Below, piece after piece: positions 61,513 to 64,000 of a DNA stretch of 64,000 nucleotides. The DNA lies in the NCBI GenBank assembly GCA_002269645.1, contig NIVC01000460.1, positions 372,001 through 436,000 of the forward strand, read 5' to 3'. Position numbers and translations under genes: made by a program. The number at the start of each line of letters is the position of its first letter. The stretch's first letter is position 1. The notes under the pieces were generated by a model, which saw nothing but the letters and a program-made list of their open reading frames with translations, was not told the DNA's origin and did not search any database. This stretch comes from Macrostomum lignano. Its lineage: Eukaryota.

Positions 61513-63408
61513 GTTACAGCAGCCGCCAGTACCAGCCAGCAAGCATCGCAGTGCTCATCTGATTGAGTTACCGCTTCATCTCACCCAAATGCCTGCAGAC
61601 TTTTCTGATCTCTCCAATGCACGGACCGCCGTTTGGGTAGCCGAGCTGAGCTGATGGAGAGGCTGGGAGAGCTGTGAGCAGTTTGAGCTCAGTTTGCCGG
61701 GCCTGTTCCTGGCACTCATCCCTGGCCATATATTTGCCGTCATGCCCTCCCCCTGTGTCTCTCGCCCTCTTCCTGCTTGTTCTCTTAAGGGCTTTGGGGA
61801 CCCCACGCTGTTTATGAATATTAATTACCGTGGGGAGGGGGCCGCATCTCTTATAGTCTTTTATTTTTCTCGTCCGTCCCCGCTCCCGTGAATCGGGATT
61901 CACCGTACTGTAATTTCCGCACATATCGGCTTTGTACTTTTGCCTGCTGGCTTGTTTTTTTTTAAATGTAGCTTGTAATTAAAAATCGCGTCAATTTAAA
62001 TTTCTATTGTATTATAGTACAACAGTGAGATGCCAGCCTGCAGACCATTTACTGTTTGGTCTGTCACTGGATTAGGGTAATAAATTAATATCCGGGAGAG
62101 CTTCCGGTCCGCGGTACTCTATCTACTCGTAGCTGGTACCTTGAGCCTGGTGCAAACTTCACCTGTAGTTTCTACTGCTCATTGCTGCGCTATCTTAACC
62201 TTATTTCTATTAAGGAATGCTCTTAGGAAAAAAATTGCCAGACTGAAAGTTGATTCTCCCCACTGGATTACCTTTGAGATTAGAATTGCACTCTGGCTTC
62301 CCAGCTCATTGATATATTCTCCAGAGACGATGGGGCTGATAGTGCAAACAGGAGGCTGTTTGCCTCATCAAAAAAAACTAAACTAGAGAGGAGGCAGACA
62401 AGGGGATGGGAAGAGCGAATGGCAAAGCAGTTGGGATCCCTTGGAGTTCTTCGATATCCTTGGGCGATTTCTGCTATTGGAGCAAAATTCTAAGAAAAAT
62501 ATGCAGAACAAGCGGGAGCCAGACAGGCAGCTGGGACAGAGAGGGGATCAGTCTGAGTGGGGAGAAAAGAGTTGGGAAACTCTGTGGCAGCAGGGGCCAA
62601 GACGGCATCAAGTTCCCGCAGTCTGCCGAATCTCGAAATTAAGATTCGAGTTGGGGGGATGTCAACGCGCATCTGGAGTTCGATGCCACGGGCCTACAAG
62701 ATATTATTTCAAGCCCGCCTGAGATAGCTGCTCAGGGGTCGGCGAGGGAGCGCGCGTTTGCACTTTGGAGAATTAGAATGAAATGAACGATGGAGAGATA
62801 GATAGAGAGTGAGGAGGGAAGTTGAGGCTTTAAGGCCGGGTTAGGGAGGTCGGGAATTGTCCGAGAGGAGAACTGAGACGGGTCGGGGGGGAGCCAGCGG
62901 CTACCGAGGTCCCCGCGCGCTCGGAGTGATTGGCTTGGGCGACACGCTGCTTTCAGAATGGGACTTTGGGATTTCGCAGGAGGGTTGGGAGCAGGCCTCC
63001 AGAGCTCCTCGCAGTCTGCACTTCTCACCGCTGGATGCAGCCACGCGATTGGGCGCCCCCCGACTGTCTGTGGACTGGGCGGATTTGGCTCCAGGTCTCC
63101 TCGGTGCTCTCCATCCCTCGGCCACCCCAAGCCTCCTGCCCTTTCTTTCTCCGTCCACAGCCTGCATGGGCCAGCAGGGGCTGTTCGTCCGCAACCCCTC
63201 CGCTGTACTTAACTTTGCCCCTCCTGGGGTCTCCCGCCACGCGATGAACAACCAGAAAGAATTTTCTCTCGACACTGTCGCGAGACCCAACTAGAGGGAC
63301 AAGCGACACAGAATCTCTCGACACCAAGTCACTGGGATCGGCTGAAATGACAGCTGCGGGCGAGGCAGCGAGGCTGCCACCAGCTTGAACTCCTCCGCTA
63401 GCAGAAGC

Positions 63409-64000
63409 ATGGGCGCAGGTGCCAGCTCGCTGTGCCCCCCGCTACAGTCGATGTCTTCCGGCATTGTGGCGACCGGCGTTGGCAGCGCCGGTGGCTTCTC
63501 CTTCGCTGTCAGGCCGAGGGCAAGGTCGCACGCCCGTCGCGGCAGCAGCAGCAGCGGCGGCAGTAGCGATGTCGGCAGTGTCAGCAGCGACTGTGCAGAG
63601 CGGAGACGACGAATCAACTCGACTGTCGCCCCTGCCGCGGCCCAGCAAAACTCGCCTTCGCCCGGGAAAAGCCGGCAGTCGCGAACGCAGCAAAGAACAA
63701 CGGCGACCCGGCGGCCGCAGCCGCAGTCGCCGTCTCAGCAGCAGCCGCCACCGACACCTGTCGCTGAGGAGATTCGCCGGGCCAGCACAAAGTCAATCCA
63801 CCTGCAGAACCATCCACTCAGCCCGCGGCCCTCCCGATCGCCAAGTCCTTGCCGCCAGCAGCAGCAGCAACCCGCGCTTCCAACGCCCACTTTCATATTT
63901 TCCGACGAATCAGAAGATCAAAATTTTAGTCTAAAACAGCAGCGACAGGAGCAGCAGAAGCAGGAGGACTCCATGCTGCCAAAGCCGTACACCGGTGGCA
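63409..64000 (+). CDS. Coding exon open to the window end, starting MGAGASSLC; possibly another alternative unc-13 first exon (not in the ORF track)
   Basis: ATG 63409 follows an in-frame TGA (63343); no stop through 64000; S/Q/R/P-rich composition like the other exons here. Confidence 0.55.
   Translation, partial: MGAGASSLCPPLQSMSSGIVATGVGSAGGFSFAVRPRARSHARRGSSSSGGSSDVGSVSSDCAERRRRINSTVAPAAAQQNSPSPGKSRQSRTQQRTTATRRPQPQSPSQQQPPPTPVAEEIRRASTKSIHLQNHPLSPRPSRSPSPCRQQQQQPALPTPTFIFSDESEDQNFSLKQQRQEQQKQEDSMLPKPYTGG

Noticed and set aside
62400-63330. Several 80-145-aa ORFs on both strands
   Set aside because: No recognisable domains; separated from the 63409 ORF by in-frame stops; probably promoter or UTR sequence

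Overview
Eukaryotic (metazoan) genomic DNA with spliceosomal introns, GC-rich Ala/Gln-rich exons and minisatellite-filled introns. The style is consistent with a free-living flatworm such as Macrostomum, but that is an inference. Host genes: TTLL4-like tubulin glutamylase (+, 5 exons, 2721-11989); ANKFN1/wide-awake-like ankyrin-FN3-RA gene (-, 4 exons, 25165-18618); TRIAP1/MDM35 (-, 27720-28013); a six-finger C2H2 gene (-, 33242-31494); and the 5' part of unc-13/Munc13 (+, from 35381: C2A, linker, CaM-binding motif), with two candidate alternative first exons. Mobile elements: an intact Ngaro/PAT-type tyrosine-recombinase retrotransposon (12791-17174) with identical split direct repeats; a full-length but frameshifted piggyBac (29126-31484); and three copies of a tRNA-headed SINE. 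Most striking: the retrotransposon's recombinase ORF has no usable ATG. A consensus donor in gag (13332/13333) and a consensus acceptor upstream of the recombinase ORF (15742/15743) are in compatible phase. Splicing them would give a 452-aa SAP-domain/coiled-coil + tyrosine recombinase fusion. The gag/pol junction carries both a canonical -1 slippery site and a TGATG stop-start overlap. All coordinates were read by hand; repeat boundaries are approximate.
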